DNA from: Planctomycetota bacterium
GTDB taxonomy: Bacteria; Planctomycetota; JAJSAM01; JAJVHW01
DNA: 64,000 nucleotides
NCBI GenBank assembly: GCA_965248445.1
Contig: CBDFJG010000001.1
Location: forward strand, 288,001-352,000
Direction of reading: 5' to 3'
Under the pieces are notes generated by a model that did not search any database, had not been told where the DNA came from, and saw nothing but the letters and a program-made list of their open reading frames with translations. Positions within the stretch are counted from its first letter, which is position 1. Every line of letters starts with the position of its first letter. The position numbers were made by a program, and so were the translations under genes. This document shows, piece by piece, positions 10,138 to 20,024 of the stretch.

Positions 10138-11051
10138 CGCGGCTCTGGAAACGGATCGTCGCGGGCTGGAACACGTTCTTCTTCCGGCCGTTCGATCTGC
10201 GTGTCGTCTGCACGTTCCGCGTGTTCTACGCGGCCCTCATGCTCGTGAACCTGGCGATCCTCGGACTGGATCTGACGTACTTCTTCGGCCCGGACGGAGT
10301 GCTGCCGCTGGATGCGTCGCAGACGATCGTCAACCGCCACGCGAACACCGTCTTCGCAGTGCTCCCGGACACGAACGAGGTCATCGCGACCGCGTACGGA
10401 TTGACGCTGGCGCACACGTTCCTGCTGCTGATCGGCTGGCATCCACGGCTGCAGGCGTTCTGCCTGTTCTTCTGGCTCGTGTCGTTCCAGCACCGCGCAA
10501 TGCTTCTGTTCGACGGCGAGGATCAGTTGTTCCGCCTGTTCGCGTTCTTTCTGATCTTCATCCCGACACACCGGTTCCGCTCCGTCCACTCATGGCTCCG
10601 CGCCCGGCGGGGTGAGCCGGCGCCGCCCCGCCACGGATGCGCGTGGGCGATGCGCCTCGTCCAGATCCAGATGACGCTGGTCTACGTCGGAGCAGCGGTG
10701 GCGAAGGCTCGTGGCGACGAGTGGCTGGACGGAACGGCGATGTGGTACGTCACGCGGCTGGACGACTCGTTCGGCCGATTCCCAATGCCATCCGCCCTGC
10801 TGGACTCGCTACCGGTCCTGAAGGCGATGACCTGGGGGACTCTTGCGTTCGAGATCGCGCTGCCGGTCTTCCTCTGGTGGCCCCGGACCCGCCGGATCGC
10901 GCTGCTCTGCGCCGTGGCGTTCCACCTCGCCCTCGACTACGCGATGATGATGTTCCTCTTCCATCCCCTCATGCTGGTGGGACTGCTGTCTTTCGCAGCG
11001 GTTCGGAAGGCGGAGACGTCATCAGATCCGCCGCCGCAACTCGACTCTTGA
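10134..11051 (+). CDS. HTTM-domain (SdpB / vitamin-K-dependent carboxylase-like) membrane protein
   Basis: TTG start overlapping the upstream TGA; WNTFFF, FGPDGVLP, DGEDQL, QMTLVY...AK...WLDGTA and FHL motifs. Confidence 0.85.
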   Translation: MTRLWKRIVAGWNTFFFRPFDLRVVCTFRVFYAALMLVNLAILGLDLTYFFGPDGVLPLDASQTIVNRHANTVFAVLPDTNEVIATAYGLTLAHTFLLLIGWHPRLQAFCLFFWLVSFQHRAMLLFDGEDQLFRLFAFFLIFIPTHRFRSVHSWLRARRGEPAPPRHGCAWAMRLVQIQMTLVYVGAAVAKARGDEWLDGTAMWYVTRLDDSFGRFPMPSALLDSLPVLKAMTWGTLAFEIALPVFLWWPRTRRIALLCAVAFHLALDYAMMMFLFHPLMLVGLLSFAAVRKAETSSDPPPQLDS

Positions 11052-11301
11052 CGGTCGAAAACGGCGGGGCTGCCGTCGTGCCGAGCCGGGTCACGCACCG
11101 TCTCGTTCTTGGCTCCTCCGTACTCCACGAGCACGGCGCGAACGCTCTTCTGAAGCGTGAGGATGAGGTGCGCGCCACGTTCAGCGGGCGGCTCCCCACC
11201 TCGAGCCACCGCAACCGCCCTCCCGTCTTCATCCCGCAATGCTAGCAAGCGCACCGCGCGACGGCTCGCGCGGGTAGCCTGGACGGCTCGGGAGGTGCGG
11301 C

Positions 11302-14300
11302 ATGCGGCGGATCGTGTTCTCAGCCTTGCTCGTGTGCGCCGCGGCGTGCGGCGGCGATCCGAATCCAGGACCGGCGCCCGGAAACGGATCGACTCCGCCG
11401 GTGGACGTCGCGACTTCGGATCCGTTGCACTGGGTCGACACGCACTTCGCGCCGGGCTGGTTCCCCGAAGCGTCCGAGATGCTCGATGGAGAGAGAGGAG
11501 TCGCGTACGAGGACGGTCCTCCGAGCGACGACGCCGGTGGTGTTTCGCCCCCGGCGACCGAGGCCGCACCGCCCCCCGTGCCGCGACCGCCGGGGCGGCG
11601 CGCGCCGGCCGCCGAGGAAGACGAGGAGAACCCGCGATTCGGCGGCCCGATCACGGGCGGCGGCTACGACAGTCCGACCACCCCCGGAGGTCCGACGTTC
11701 GGTGTTCCCGGCGAGCCGCCGGAGGCGAAGCCCGAGGCCTGGCAGCGATCGTCGCAGACCCCGAACAGCTCGCGGCTGATGGTCGGCGACGAAGCGGAGC
11801 TTCCGCTTCAGTCGTTCCAGGCGACGGTGCGGATCGACGGACACCGCGCACGCATCGTTCTCGACCTCTGCTATCGCAACGACGCCGAGCAGGCACTCGA
11901 GGGCACGTTCAAGCTGCGGCTCCCCGACGACGCGGCCGTTCATCATCTGGCATTCGGCGATGTCGTGAAGGACGCACCGCTGCTGCTGCCCGCGCTCACG
12001 GATACCGTGGCCGATCTGTCGCCCCTCGCGCTCACTGCCGCGCGCGAGACCGGATCCGTGCAGCGCACCGCTCGCGTCGTGCCGCGCGAGAAGGCGCACG
12101 AGGCCTACGCCGCGGAAACCGCGCAGGCGGTCGATCCCGCACTACTCGAGTGGTCAGGCGCAGGCGTCTTCACGACCAGGCTGTTCCCGCTGCAGCCCAA
12201 GAGCACGAGCCGTGTGACGGTCGCCTACGACGTGGAGCTGGACGAGCACGCGGGGAAGCGCTCACTGCGCATCGACGTTCCGGAGAGCGCGCCGGTGACC
12301 CGACTCGCGCTGCTGTCCTCGTCGGCGGCCGCGGTCGCGTCCGAGGATGCCGGCATCCGCGCGTTCACGGCGCTGCCCGCCGGAAGCGGATGGGCTCTCG
12401 CCCGCGACGGACACCACGGGCCTCTCACGATCGAAGTACCGGTGGACCACGCGGGTCCGCTCGTGGGCGACGACCCTGCAATCGGACCGCACTTCGCAGT
12501 CAACGTCACGCCGCAAGTTCCGACCGCGACGGCGGACGCACGGCGCCGGGCGGTCTTCCTGCTCGACGTGTCGATGTCCTCGAACCCGGATCGCATGAAC
12601 GTCTGGCTCGAGTTGATGCGCGCAATCCTCGAACGAAACCGCCCTGAGCTCGCCGAGTTCCAGGTCGTCTACTTCAATACGCGGGCGTGGCAGCGTCGGG
12701 AGTCCTTCCAGGCCAACGTGCCCGACTCCGTGAACCGGTTGCTCGAAGACGCGCGTGGCCTCGCGTTGCACGGGGCATCGGACCCGGGTGCGGCGCTCGC
12801 CCTCGCCGAGCGGGTGCGCACCGAGTCCCGGCGGGACGCGGACGTGTTTCTCATGTCCGACGGCGCCGAGACATGGGGCGTCGAGAACGTGCGCGACGTC
12901 GCGAACCGCGTCGGCGCTCCGCTCTTCTGCTACACGACCGGGCTACCCGGAACGGACATGCGCACGCTGCGCGCGCTCGCACGCGCGACCGGCGGCGCTG
13001 TGTTCTCGGTGACCGGCGCTTCTGATGTTTCCGCCGCGGCTGTTGCACACCGTGCGCGCCCATGGACCATTCGCGAGATCCGTGTGGATGGGTGCGAGGA
13101 CGTGCTCGCCGCCGGCAGACCCGCTTCTCTCTACCCCGGACAGACCCTGAGACTGGCCGGCCGCGGTCGGCCGCGCACGGGAGACGAAGTTGTCATCACG
13201 ATCGAACAGGATGGTGAGACACGGGACCTCCGCGTCACGCTGGGCGGCTCCATCGGGTCGGCGCTCGCCGCGCGCGCCTACGGGCAAATCGCGACCGGAC
13301 AGCTCGAGGATCTCGAAGAACTCGCAGCGGAGGAGGCGCGCGCGTACGCGCTGCACTACCGCGTGACCGGCCCTACGTGCTCGCTGCTGATGCTCGAGAC
13401 GGAGGAGGACTACGCAGAATACGAAATCGTGCCAACAGCGGACGCCGATGTCGTGCGCCGCCGACCGGTCTCGCTGGTCACGCGCGAACTCTCGAGCCGG
13501 ATGGAACGCGCTCGCAGCGATGCACGTGAGGCGTTCCTCCTGTGGCTCGATCGCGTCGAGCGCCTGTCGCCGGACACGTTCGAGGAGCTGGAAGCAGTGC
13601 GTGACGCTGCCCGATCGCTGCCGGTCGAGGCGTTCCGTATCCCGGCGCTGAACGCTCAGGGCGAGCCGCCGGCGCAGTGGGATGACCTGGGCGCCCCGTA
13701 CACCGCCGAGCTCCGCAACGCGGATCCCACGTACGACGCGGTCTGGAGCGAAGCCGGCGGGATGCTCGAGGAGCATGGCGGCGCGAACGCATTGACCGCG
13801 TTGTCCTCGCTGATCGAGTCAGATCCCGGCTCGACCGACCTGATGCGCGACGTCGCCTTCACCGCACTCGACTGGGACCTGCCCCGCGATGCTTACGGAC
13901 TCCTGCATCGCGTCGCCCTCAAGCGCCCGCACGAACCGGAGACCTACCGCGCCCTCGCCGAATCGCTCGCCCGCATGGGCGGGACCGACATGGCGATCCT
14001 GATGTACGAGATCGTCTTGCGCGGCACGTGGCAGGAGCGGTTCGGTGCGTTCACACTCATCACGGCGATGGACTACCGCGGCCTGCTCCGGCGCATCGAG
14101 CGGGGCGAAGCGGAGACCGCTCTCGGCGACCTGGCCGACGACGCGCGCGAACGAATCGCGGCGAAGTACGTGAGCGGCGATGCGGACCTCGTCGTGACGA
14201 TGACCTGGAACACGGATCGCACCGACGTCGATCTCCACGTCGTCGATCCGTCCGAGGAGGTCTGCTACTACGGGCACGCTCGCACGCGCATCGGCGGAGC

Positions 14301-14547
14301 GATCACCAGCGACGTGACAGAGGGGTATGGCCCCGAGATGTTCGTGCTCGGCAAGGCGGTCCCCGGCGAGTACATCGTCAAGGCGCACTATTACGGCTCC
14401 GATTCGCTCCGCAAGACACTACGCAGCCGGGTCTTCGTGACCGTGGCGCGGCGGTTCGGGACCGCCGAGGAGCAGATCGAGCGCCGTGCGTTCCTCTTGA
14501 AGGAGGCGAACGACACGACCGAGGTGCTGCGACTCGACTGGGAGTAG
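11302..14547 (+). CDS. lipoprotein with VIT-like, vWA, TPR-like and YfaP/DUF2135 domains
   Basis: Lipobox AAAC, LEGTFKLRLP (VIT), VFLLDVSMSS MIDAS, FLMSDG, and DLVVTMTWNTDRTDVDLHVVDP...DVTEGYGPE (DUF2135). Confidence 0.85.
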   Translation: MRRIVFSALLVCAAACGGDPNPGPAPGNGSTPPVDVATSDPLHWVDTHFAPGWFPEASEMLDGERGVAYEDGPPSDDAGGVSPPATEAAPPPVPRPPGRRAPAAEEDEENPRFGGPITGGGYDSPTTPGGPTFGVPGEPPEAKPEAWQRSSQTPNSSRLMVGDEAELPLQSFQATVRIDGHRARIVLDLCYRNDAEQALEGTFKLRLPDDAAVHHLAFGDVVKDAPLLLPALTDTVADLSPLALTAARETGSVQRTARVVPREKAHEAYAAETAQAVDPALLEWSGAGVFTTRLFPLQPKSTSRVTVAYDVELDEHAGKRSLRIDVPESAPVTRLALLSSSAAAVASEDAGIRAFTALPAGSGWALARDGHHGPLTIEVPVDHAGPLVGDDPAIGPHFAVNVTPQVPTATADARRRAVFLLDVSMSSNPDRMNVWLELMRAILERNRPELAEFQVVYFNTRAWQRRESFQANVPDSVNRLLEDARGLALHGASDPGAALALAERVRTESRRDADVFLMSDGAETWGVENVRDVANRVGAPLFCYTTGLPGTDMRTLRALARATGGAVFSVTGASDVSAAAVAHRARPWTIREIRVDGCEDVLAAGRPASLYPGQTLRLAGRGRPRTGDEVVITIEQDGETRDLRVTLGGSIGSALAARAYGQIATGQLEDLEELAAEEARAYALHYRVTGPTCSLLMLETEEDYAEYEIVPTADADVVRRRPVSLVTRELSSRMERARSDAREAFLLWLDRVERLSPDTFEELEAVRDAARSLPVEAFRIPALNAQGEPPAQWDDLGAPYTAELRNADPTYDAVWSEAGGMLEEHGGANALTALSSLIESDPGSTDLMRDVAFTALDWDLPRDAYGLLHRVALKRPHEPETYRALAESLARMGGTDMAILMYEIVLRGTWQERFGAFTLITAMDYRGLLRRIERGEAETALGDLADDARERIAAKYVSGDADLVVTMTWNTDRTDVDLHVVDPSEEVCYYGHARTRIGGAITSDVTEGYGPEMFVLGKAVPGEYIVKAHYYGSDSLRKTLRSRVFVTVARRFGTAEEQIERRAFLLKEANDTTEVLRLDWE

Positions 14548-14558
14548 CATCCCGCACC

Positions 14559-16136
14559 ATGAGTTCCGAAGAGCGCGACGGTTGGATCCTCCGTCCCATC
14601 GACGTCCTGGGCGTGCCGGTCGTGATCGACGTTCCCCCGGGCGGCCTGACGATCGGCCGGGACTCGTCGTGCGGCGTCGTGGTCCGCGCCGCGCAGTACC
14701 CGCAGGTGTCCGGCCAGCATGCGCGCGTCGATCTCGTCGGTGACGCCCTCGAGGTGACGGACCTCGGATCGATGAACGGCACGCTCGTGAACGGAGAGGA
14801 CGTCAAGACGCGTCGCCTCGCGAGCGGCGACGTCGTGCAATTGGGCGAGCACGGTCCTCGCTTCGCGGCGGTCTCCCACGCCGGCCTCACGGAGACGATG
14901 AACGTCGCGCCGCTCATGACGCCGAAGCCGCTGGCGGGCCTCGGCGACTCGACGATCACCAACATCCGCGCCGCCATCGGCGCCCCCGACAAGGCGGAAG
15001 TCGCGGAGTCCGTCCAGAAGTCGAGCCGCCGCACCATGGGGATGGCCGTTGTCCTGTCGGCCGTCGTCCTCACGCTGGCTGCTTTCGGGATGTGGAAGGT
15101 CGGGGAGAGCGGGCGGCGCGAGGCCAACATCCTCCGCGCTATGAACGAGCAGCTTCGCGGCGAGATTGCCGAGACCCGCGACACGCTGGTCGAACAGAGC
15201 ACTCGCCTGGATCAGCAGCGCGATGCCGTGCTGGCCGAACGCAACCGGCTGGCCGAACGCATCCGGTCGATCGAGGCGCAAGCGGGGAGCGGGGCGACCG
15301 AGCGGCTCCAGGAGGAGCTCTCTGCGCTCCGCGGTCAGTTGACCGACACCGAGCAGCGTCTTGAACTGTTCGACCCGGTGAACCTGGAGCGCGACCGCCT
15401 GCGCGACGTCTCGGCGGTGCACCGTGCGATCGTACTGATCGAGGCGACGACGCGCTACCGCGACACCGAGTCCGGACGCCTGCTGCACGTCGCGATCCAG
15501 CCCGACGGCGAGGAGTACGTGAACCTCGAGTTCGAGGGCGAGCTCGTCGAACAGGAGAGCAGCGGATCCGGATTCTGCGTCTCGACGGAGGGTCACATCC
15601 TGACGAACGCGCACGTCGTTCTGCCGGCCAACAGGCGCTCACAGATCAGCGGGCCGGACGGCGCCACGTTCGACATCGAAACAGACCCGCACGTCGTGTT
15701 CACCGGGGAGACCACCCGCTATCGGGCGGAGATCATCGAGGAGACGCTCGACCCGGACGAGGACCTCGCACTCATCCGGATCAACCCGTTCGACGGGATG
15801 CCGGTCCTCGAGGGCTTCACACTCGCGACGCCCGCGCCCCGGCCGGGCACGGAGGTCTACCTGTTCGGATTCCCGCTCGGGACGCTCGCGCTGCAGGAGG
15901 GCAACCGCGTCGTCGCCTCGACGTTCAAGGGGATACTGAGCCGCGAAGTCGGTGGCTTCCTGCAGATCGATGCGAGCGTGCATCCTGGCAACAGCGGCGG
16001 GCCCGTGACGGATGCCCACGGCAACGTTCTCGGGATCGTCGTCCAGGTCCAGGGGACACCCAGCGGGCAGTTCGCGCACTCGATCGGCTACGTGATCCCC
16101 ATCGCCCGCGCTAGCCTGGTCTGGCCGCCCGATTAG
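14559..16136 (+). CDS. FHA domain - TM - coiled coil - trypsin-like serine protease
   Basis: FHA motifs IGRD, VSGQHA and DLGSMNGT, a TM helix, and catalytic triad motifs TNAHV, DLAL and GNSGGP. Confidence 0.88.
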   Translation: MSSEERDGWILRPIDVLGVPVVIDVPPGGLTIGRDSSCGVVVRAAQYPQVSGQHARVDLVGDALEVTDLGSMNGTLVNGEDVKTRRLASGDVVQLGEHGPRFAAVSHAGLTETMNVAPLMTPKPLAGLGDSTITNIRAAIGAPDKAEVAESVQKSSRRTMGMAVVLSAVVLTLAAFGMWKVGESGRREANILRAMNEQLRGEIAETRDTLVEQSTRLDQQRDAVLAERNRLAERIRSIEAQAGSGATERLQEELSALRGQLTDTEQRLELFDPVNLERDRLRDVSAVHRAIVLIEATTRYRDTESGRLLHVAIQPDGEEYVNLEFEGELVEQESSGSGFCVSTEGHILTNAHVVLPANRRSQISGPDGATFDIETDPHVVFTGETTRYRAEIIEETLDPDEDLALIRINPFDGMPVLEGFTLATPAPRPGTEVYLFGFPLGTLALQEGNRVVASTFKGILSREVGGFLQIDASVHPGNSGGPVTDAHGNVLGIVVQVQGTPSGQFAHSIGYVIPIARASLVWPPD

Positions 16137-16240
16137 CGCCTCCGGGCCCTCGCGGCGGATTGATCTCGTCAGAACGCCGCGCATGCGTCCACACTCGACC
16201 CAGCAACGACAATCCCGAGCAGCGAGGAGAAAAACCGACC

Positions 16241-16615
16241 ATGGCGCGACGTCTGTCCAACACAGGCCGCATTGCGAAAGCACGCGCCGAGGCCGCCGCG
16301 ACCATGAGCGAGAAGGAAGCCAAGAAGAAGGCCGCCAAGAAGACCACCAAGAAGGCCGCCAAGAAGACGACGAAGAAGGCCGCCAAGAAGACGACCAAGA
16401 AGGCCACCAAGAAAGCCGCCAAGAAGACCGCGAGGAAGCGGACCGCGAAGGCCCCCCAGCGGATGAAGATCATCTGGGGCGTCGCCAAGCACGGACACGA
16501 TCCGGTCTCCACGTTCGCGTATCGCGATCAGGCGAAGGCCGCCGCCGAAGCCGCGAAGAAGGGTGACGCGTTCTCGGTGCACCGCCTGCGCGTGCCCATG
16601 GAAGAAGACGAGTAA
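16241..16615 (+). CDS. small basic protein with histone H1-like KKAA/KKTT repeats
   Basis: RBS GAGGAG, ATG at 16241, central KKAAKKTT repeats and a short globular C-terminus. Confidence 0.8.
   Translation: MARRLSNTGRIAKARAEAAATMSEKEAKKKAAKKTTKKAAKKTTKKAAKKTTKKATKKAAKKTARKRTAKAPQRMKIIWGVAKHGHDPVSTFAYRDQAKAAAEAAKKGDAFSVHRLRVPMEEDE
16321..16440 (+). repeat. coding 12/24-bp tandem repeat (aagaaggccgcc / aagaagaccacc)
   Basis: Directly visible tandem units encoding KKAA and KKTT. Confidence 0.85.
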
Positions 16616-16636
16616 GACGCAACGCCGAAGGTCGTC

Positions 16637-17158
16637 ATGAGTTCAGCGAAGACGCTGCACAAGCTCGACAGCACCCACCGCGGCTGGCTCACCCGGCTCC
16701 AGCCCCTCGACGAGACCGCATTCGCGCGCGTCCCGGAGGGCGGCGGCTGGGCCATCGGACAGGTCTGTCACCACGTCGGCAGCGTGTCCGACATGCTGCT
16801 CGGCAACGCGGAGCGCGCTGCCGCGGGCGACGGGCAGACGAAGGGGTTCCAGTTCCAGCCGTGGATGCTCACGGTCATGGGGCGTCTTCCGCCGATGCGG
16901 ATCAAGGTGCCCGTGGCGTCCCTGCCCCCGGAGATGCACGTCTTCGCGAACCCCCAGCAACTCTCGAAATCCGAGGGGTTCGAGCAGCTCGCCGGTGTCG
17001 TCGAGCGAATGCGTTCGACCGCTCCCGCAGTCGACGGCTCGACGAAGACCTGCCGTCGACGCCACCCCGTCGGCGGGTGGCTGAACGCGATGCAGTGGTT
17101 CCAGCTGACGGAGATGCACATGCGGCATCACTTGCGTCAGATCGACCGACTGCTCTGA
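16637..17158 (+). CDS. DinB_2 family protein
   Basis: PEGGGWAIGQVCHHV, HPVGGWLNAMQW and HMRHHLRQI. Confidence 0.85.
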   Translation: MSSAKTLHKLDSTHRGWLTRLQPLDETAFARVPEGGGWAIGQVCHHVGSVSDMLLGNAERAAAGDGQTKGFQFQPWMLTVMGRLPPMRIKVPVASLPPEMHVFANPQQLSKSEGFEQLAGVVERMRSTAPAVDGSTKTCRRRHPVGGWLNAMQWFQLTEMHMRHHLRQIDRLL

Positions 17159-17167
17159 GCGCGGCCG

Positions 17168-17974
17168 GTGGATCCTCCGATCCTCCGTCACCAGCGAGCG
17201 TTCAACCGGGCGACGCGCGACGCCTGGCAGACGTTTGCCCCCCACCGCGCACGCGTGATGGATGCGCTCCTCGAACGGCCGGGCGGCCGGCTGCTCGTCC
17301 TCGGCGCAGGTAACTGCAACGATCTTGACTTGCCGGTTCTGCTCGACAACTTCAGCGAGGTCCATCTCGCGGACCTGGACGCGGCGGCCGTCCACGACGG
17401 AGTCGCCCGGCAGGGTCCGTTCTCCAGCGCCGTCCGCGTGCACGACAGCATCGACGTGACCGGGATCGTGCGGCACCTCGACGCGTACTGGGAACGCAAG
17501 CCGGACGAGGCGGCGATCGAGGCGGCGCAGGAAGCCGCAGCCGTCGCTTCCCTCCCGCTCCTCGGTGGGCCATTCGACGTCATCGTGTCGGCGTGCGTGC
17601 TGACGCAGTTGATCGACTCGGTCGTGCACTCTTGCGGCAGGGAGAATCCGTCCGCCCGCCGGCTGGTCGACGCCGTGCGCGACCGGCACGCAGGACTGCT
17701 CCTCGATCTGGCAGTTCCCGGTGGTCGCGCGATCCTGGTGACCGACATGCTCTCGACAGCCCGCGACCCGCAGCTCGGCGGCGTCGAGGACCGCGCACTC
17801 GGAGAGTTCTTCGAGCTGTGCGCACGCGAGGATCGCTGCTTCGCAGGCACCAACCCGGCGCAGATCGAGGCGCTTCTCGGCCCGCGGGCGAGCGTGATCC
17901 GCCGCACGGCCCCGTGGACGTGGCAGATCGGGCCACTCGGCCTCCTCGTCTACGCGCTCCTGATCGACGCCTAG
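17168..17974 (+). CDS. SAM-dependent methyltransferase-fold protein
   Basis: LLVLGAGNCNDLDL, VHLADLD and FDVIVSACVLTQL. Confidence 0.7.
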   Translation: MDPPILRHQRAFNRATRDAWQTFAPHRARVMDALLERPGGRLLVLGAGNCNDLDLPVLLDNFSEVHLADLDAAAVHDGVARQGPFSSAVRVHDSIDVTGIVRHLDAYWERKPDEAAIEAAQEAAAVASLPLLGGPFDVIVSACVLTQLIDSVVHSCGRENPSARRLVDAVRDRHAGLLLDLAVPGGRAILVTDMLSTARDPQLGGVEDRALGEFFELCAREDRCFAGTNPAQIEALLGPRASVIRRTAPWTWQIGPLGLLVYALLIDA

Positions 17975-18000
17975 CCCAGGGGGAGGCTAGAGTGTCAGCG

Positions 18001-18984
18001 ATGCGGAACGCGGCGTTGATCGCTGTTGCACTGACCGCCCTCCTGGCGGCGTCGGCGCACGCCGAACTCGCGGTCGGAGACGCCCCAAAGCCGATCGGCG
18101 AGGACGCAACTCTCCTCAACTGCGAGGAGTTCGACTTCGTGAAGATGCGCGGCAAGGTCGTCGTGCTGCAACTCGCGCACACGACGTCGAAGCCGTCGAA
18201 GAAGCAGATCCCGAAGCTGAAGGAGCTGCTCAAGAAGTACGCGGCGAAGGGCCTGCACCTGATCACGGCGTTCCAGGAGCCGAAAGAGGCTGTGGAGGCA
18301 TTCGTCAAGGAGAACGCGGTCGACTACCCGGTAGCCGCGGGCGTCAACGATCTGCAGGAGCGCTGGGGACTCGTGAAGGGGTTCCCCACGTCGTACGTCC
18401 TCGACGTCGAGGGCAACGTCGCGTGGGCCGGTAACTTCGCCGACCTTGCAGAGAAGGAGATCGTCGTGCTGCTGGAAAGGGTCACGGACATCCCGTGGCT
18501 GCCGGAGCAGTACAAGGCAATGACGGCGCACATGCTGGCCGCCGAGTTCGCGGAGCTCCGTACGAAGCTCGATGCTGCGCTGGCGGTGAAGGACGTGCCC
18601 GAAGACGAGAAGTCGCGTCTCACGGCCGCCGCTCAGTGGCTCGACGGGAAGGCGGCCGAGGCGCTCGCTGCCGCGCACGCAATCGACGCCAAGAAGAAGC
18701 CCTACGACGCCTACAAGGCGTTCGTGGCGGTGATCCGGCTGCATCCGCGTTCCGGCGCGGTGGACGACGCGCTGGCCGCGAAGGAGGCGTTGCTCGAGGA
18801 CAAGGACTCGGCGCGCGAGATCGAAGCGTGGCAGTTCTTCGATCAGCAGTTCGACGAGGCGAAGAAGATCGAGAGTGAAAGCAAGCGGAAGGCGATCAAC
18901 CTGCTGAAGAAGGTCACGGTCAAGTACCGCGGCACAGCCGCCGCCGCGAAGGCGAACTACTGGATCAGCAAGCTCTCCCCTTGA
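18001..18984 (+). CDS. exported TlpA-like redoxin-fold protein with SxxS in place of CxxC plus helical tail
   Basis: Signal peptide, RGKVVVLQLAHTTSKPSKKQIPKL and GFPTSYVLDVEGNVAW. The start could be GTG 17992. Confidence 0.8.
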   Translation: MRNAALIAVALTALLAASAHAELAVGDAPKPIGEDATLLNCEEFDFVKMRGKVVVLQLAHTTSKPSKKQIPKLKELLKKYAAKGLHLITAFQEPKEAVEAFVKENAVDYPVAAGVNDLQERWGLVKGFPTSYVLDVEGNVAWAGNFADLAEKEIVVLLERVTDIPWLPEQYKAMTAHMLAAEFAELRTKLDAALAVKDVPEDEKSRLTAAAQWLDGKAAEALAAAHAIDAKKKPYDAYKAFVAVIRLHPRSGAVDDALAAKEALLEDKDSAREIEAWQFFDQQFDEAKKIESESKRKAINLLKKVTVKYRGTAAAAKANYWISKLSP

Positions 18985-18991
18985 AGCGCTG

Positions 18992-19513
18992 CTAGACGGT
19001 TCGCCGACCGTCGATCGCCGCGCGGATCAGCGCCATCTGCCCGCGATGGTGTGCCTCGTGTTCCGCGACATGCTGCAGCACCCAGAGCGGACTAATGACG
19101 TGCCCGGCACGCTCGCGCGGGCGCCGGAACTCCTCGCCGTCGATGCTGCGGAAGTGCTCGAGAAACACGGCTCTCGTGGTGGCCAATCGCACCACGTGGC
19201 GCACGGGCGGTTCGCCGGACACCTCAGGCAGCGGGTGCTCCATTCCCGCGGGGTACGCGTGCGGCAGCAGATCTTTGATGTCCGCGTCGCGGCCCGCGCC
19301 GTGGAGCAGTTCGAGCCACCAGACCTCGGCGTGCGCCACGTGATAGAGCAGCGTCGCAATCGAGTTGCGAGACGCCGGGCTGCGCAGATCGAGTTGCTCT
19401 CCGGTCAGCCCATCGATGGTCCGCAGCGTGCGGGCGCGCACGGTCTCCGCGGCCCAGACCCACGGCGTGACCCCGTCGGCGAAGCCCTCGGGAGGGTCGG
19501 TGTGGAACGACAT
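18992..19513 (-). CDS. DinB/DUF664 family protein
   Basis: NSIATLLYHVAHAEVWW and WVLQHVAEHEAHHRGQM. Confidence 0.85.
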   Translation of the reverse strand: MSFHTDPPEGFADGVTPWVWAAETVRARTLRTIDGLTGEQLDLRSPASRNSIATLLYHVAHAEVWWLELLHGAGRDADIKDLLPHAYPAGMEHPLPEVSGEPPVRHVVRLATTRAVFLEHFRSIDGEEFRRPRERAGHVISPLWVLQHVAEHEAHHRGQMALIRAAIDGRRTV

Positions 19514-19514
19514 C

Positions 19515-19877
19515 TCAGCCGATGTCGAGCAGTTCCATATCGAACACGAGGTCCTGCTTGGGCGGAATGCCGGCCGGATGGCCCTGCGCGCCGTACGCGA
19601 GCTGGTACGGGATCGTCGCGGTCCAGCGGTCGCCCACACACATCTCGGCGCCAATCAGGTCCCAGCCCTTGATCACCATGCCCGCGCCCAGCTTGAAGCC
19701 GAACGGCGAGCCGCGGTCGCGCGAGCTGTCGAACGGACGACCGTCCGGATAGGTGCCGACGTAGTGCACGCTCAACTGATCGCCGCGGATCGGCTTCTGC
19801 CCGTTCCCGCTGGTGATGAACTCGACTTCGATGGCCGGCACGCCGTCCATCCCGGATTCGATCTGCTTGTCCGCCAT
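19515..19877 (-). CDS. FKBP-type peptidyl-prolyl isomerase
   Basis: VHYVG, FDSSRDRG, VIKGWD, LAYG and IPP motifs; RBS GAGGAGG. Confidence 0.93.
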   Translation of the reverse strand: MADKQIESGMDGVPAIEVEFITSGNGQKPIRGDQLSVHYVGTYPDGRPFDSSRDRGSPFGFKLGAGMVIKGWDLIGAEMCVGDRWTATIPYQLAYGAQGHPAGIPPKQDLVFDMELLDIG

Positions 19878-20024
19878 GGTTCCTCCTCGTGGAGGCGGAA
19901 TCGTGCCCGAAGACCGCCCCGTGCGACGGGAATTCGCGACCGTTCGCAACGAGACTCTCTCTGCCGCCTTCCGGGGCGTGCTTGAACCGATTCGGCCATC
20001 CTCGGGGATGTACTGTGCAGAACC

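Noticed and set aside
11052..11300. Small ORF as an SdpC-like precursor after the HTTM gene
   Set aside because: No ORF with a credible RBS, signal peptide or precursor-like composition is present.
16321..16440. Short tandem repeats as a CRISPR array
   Set aside because: There are no spacers, the period is a multiple of 3 inside a CDS, and no cas genes are present.
17156..17170. DinB TGA is in frame with the downstream methyltransferase-like ORF, suggesting a fourth Sec read-through
   Set aside because: HHLRQIDRLL is a normal DinB C-terminus and there is no redox motif. The nearby hairpin GGATC-CTCC-GATCC is short and has no loop G.
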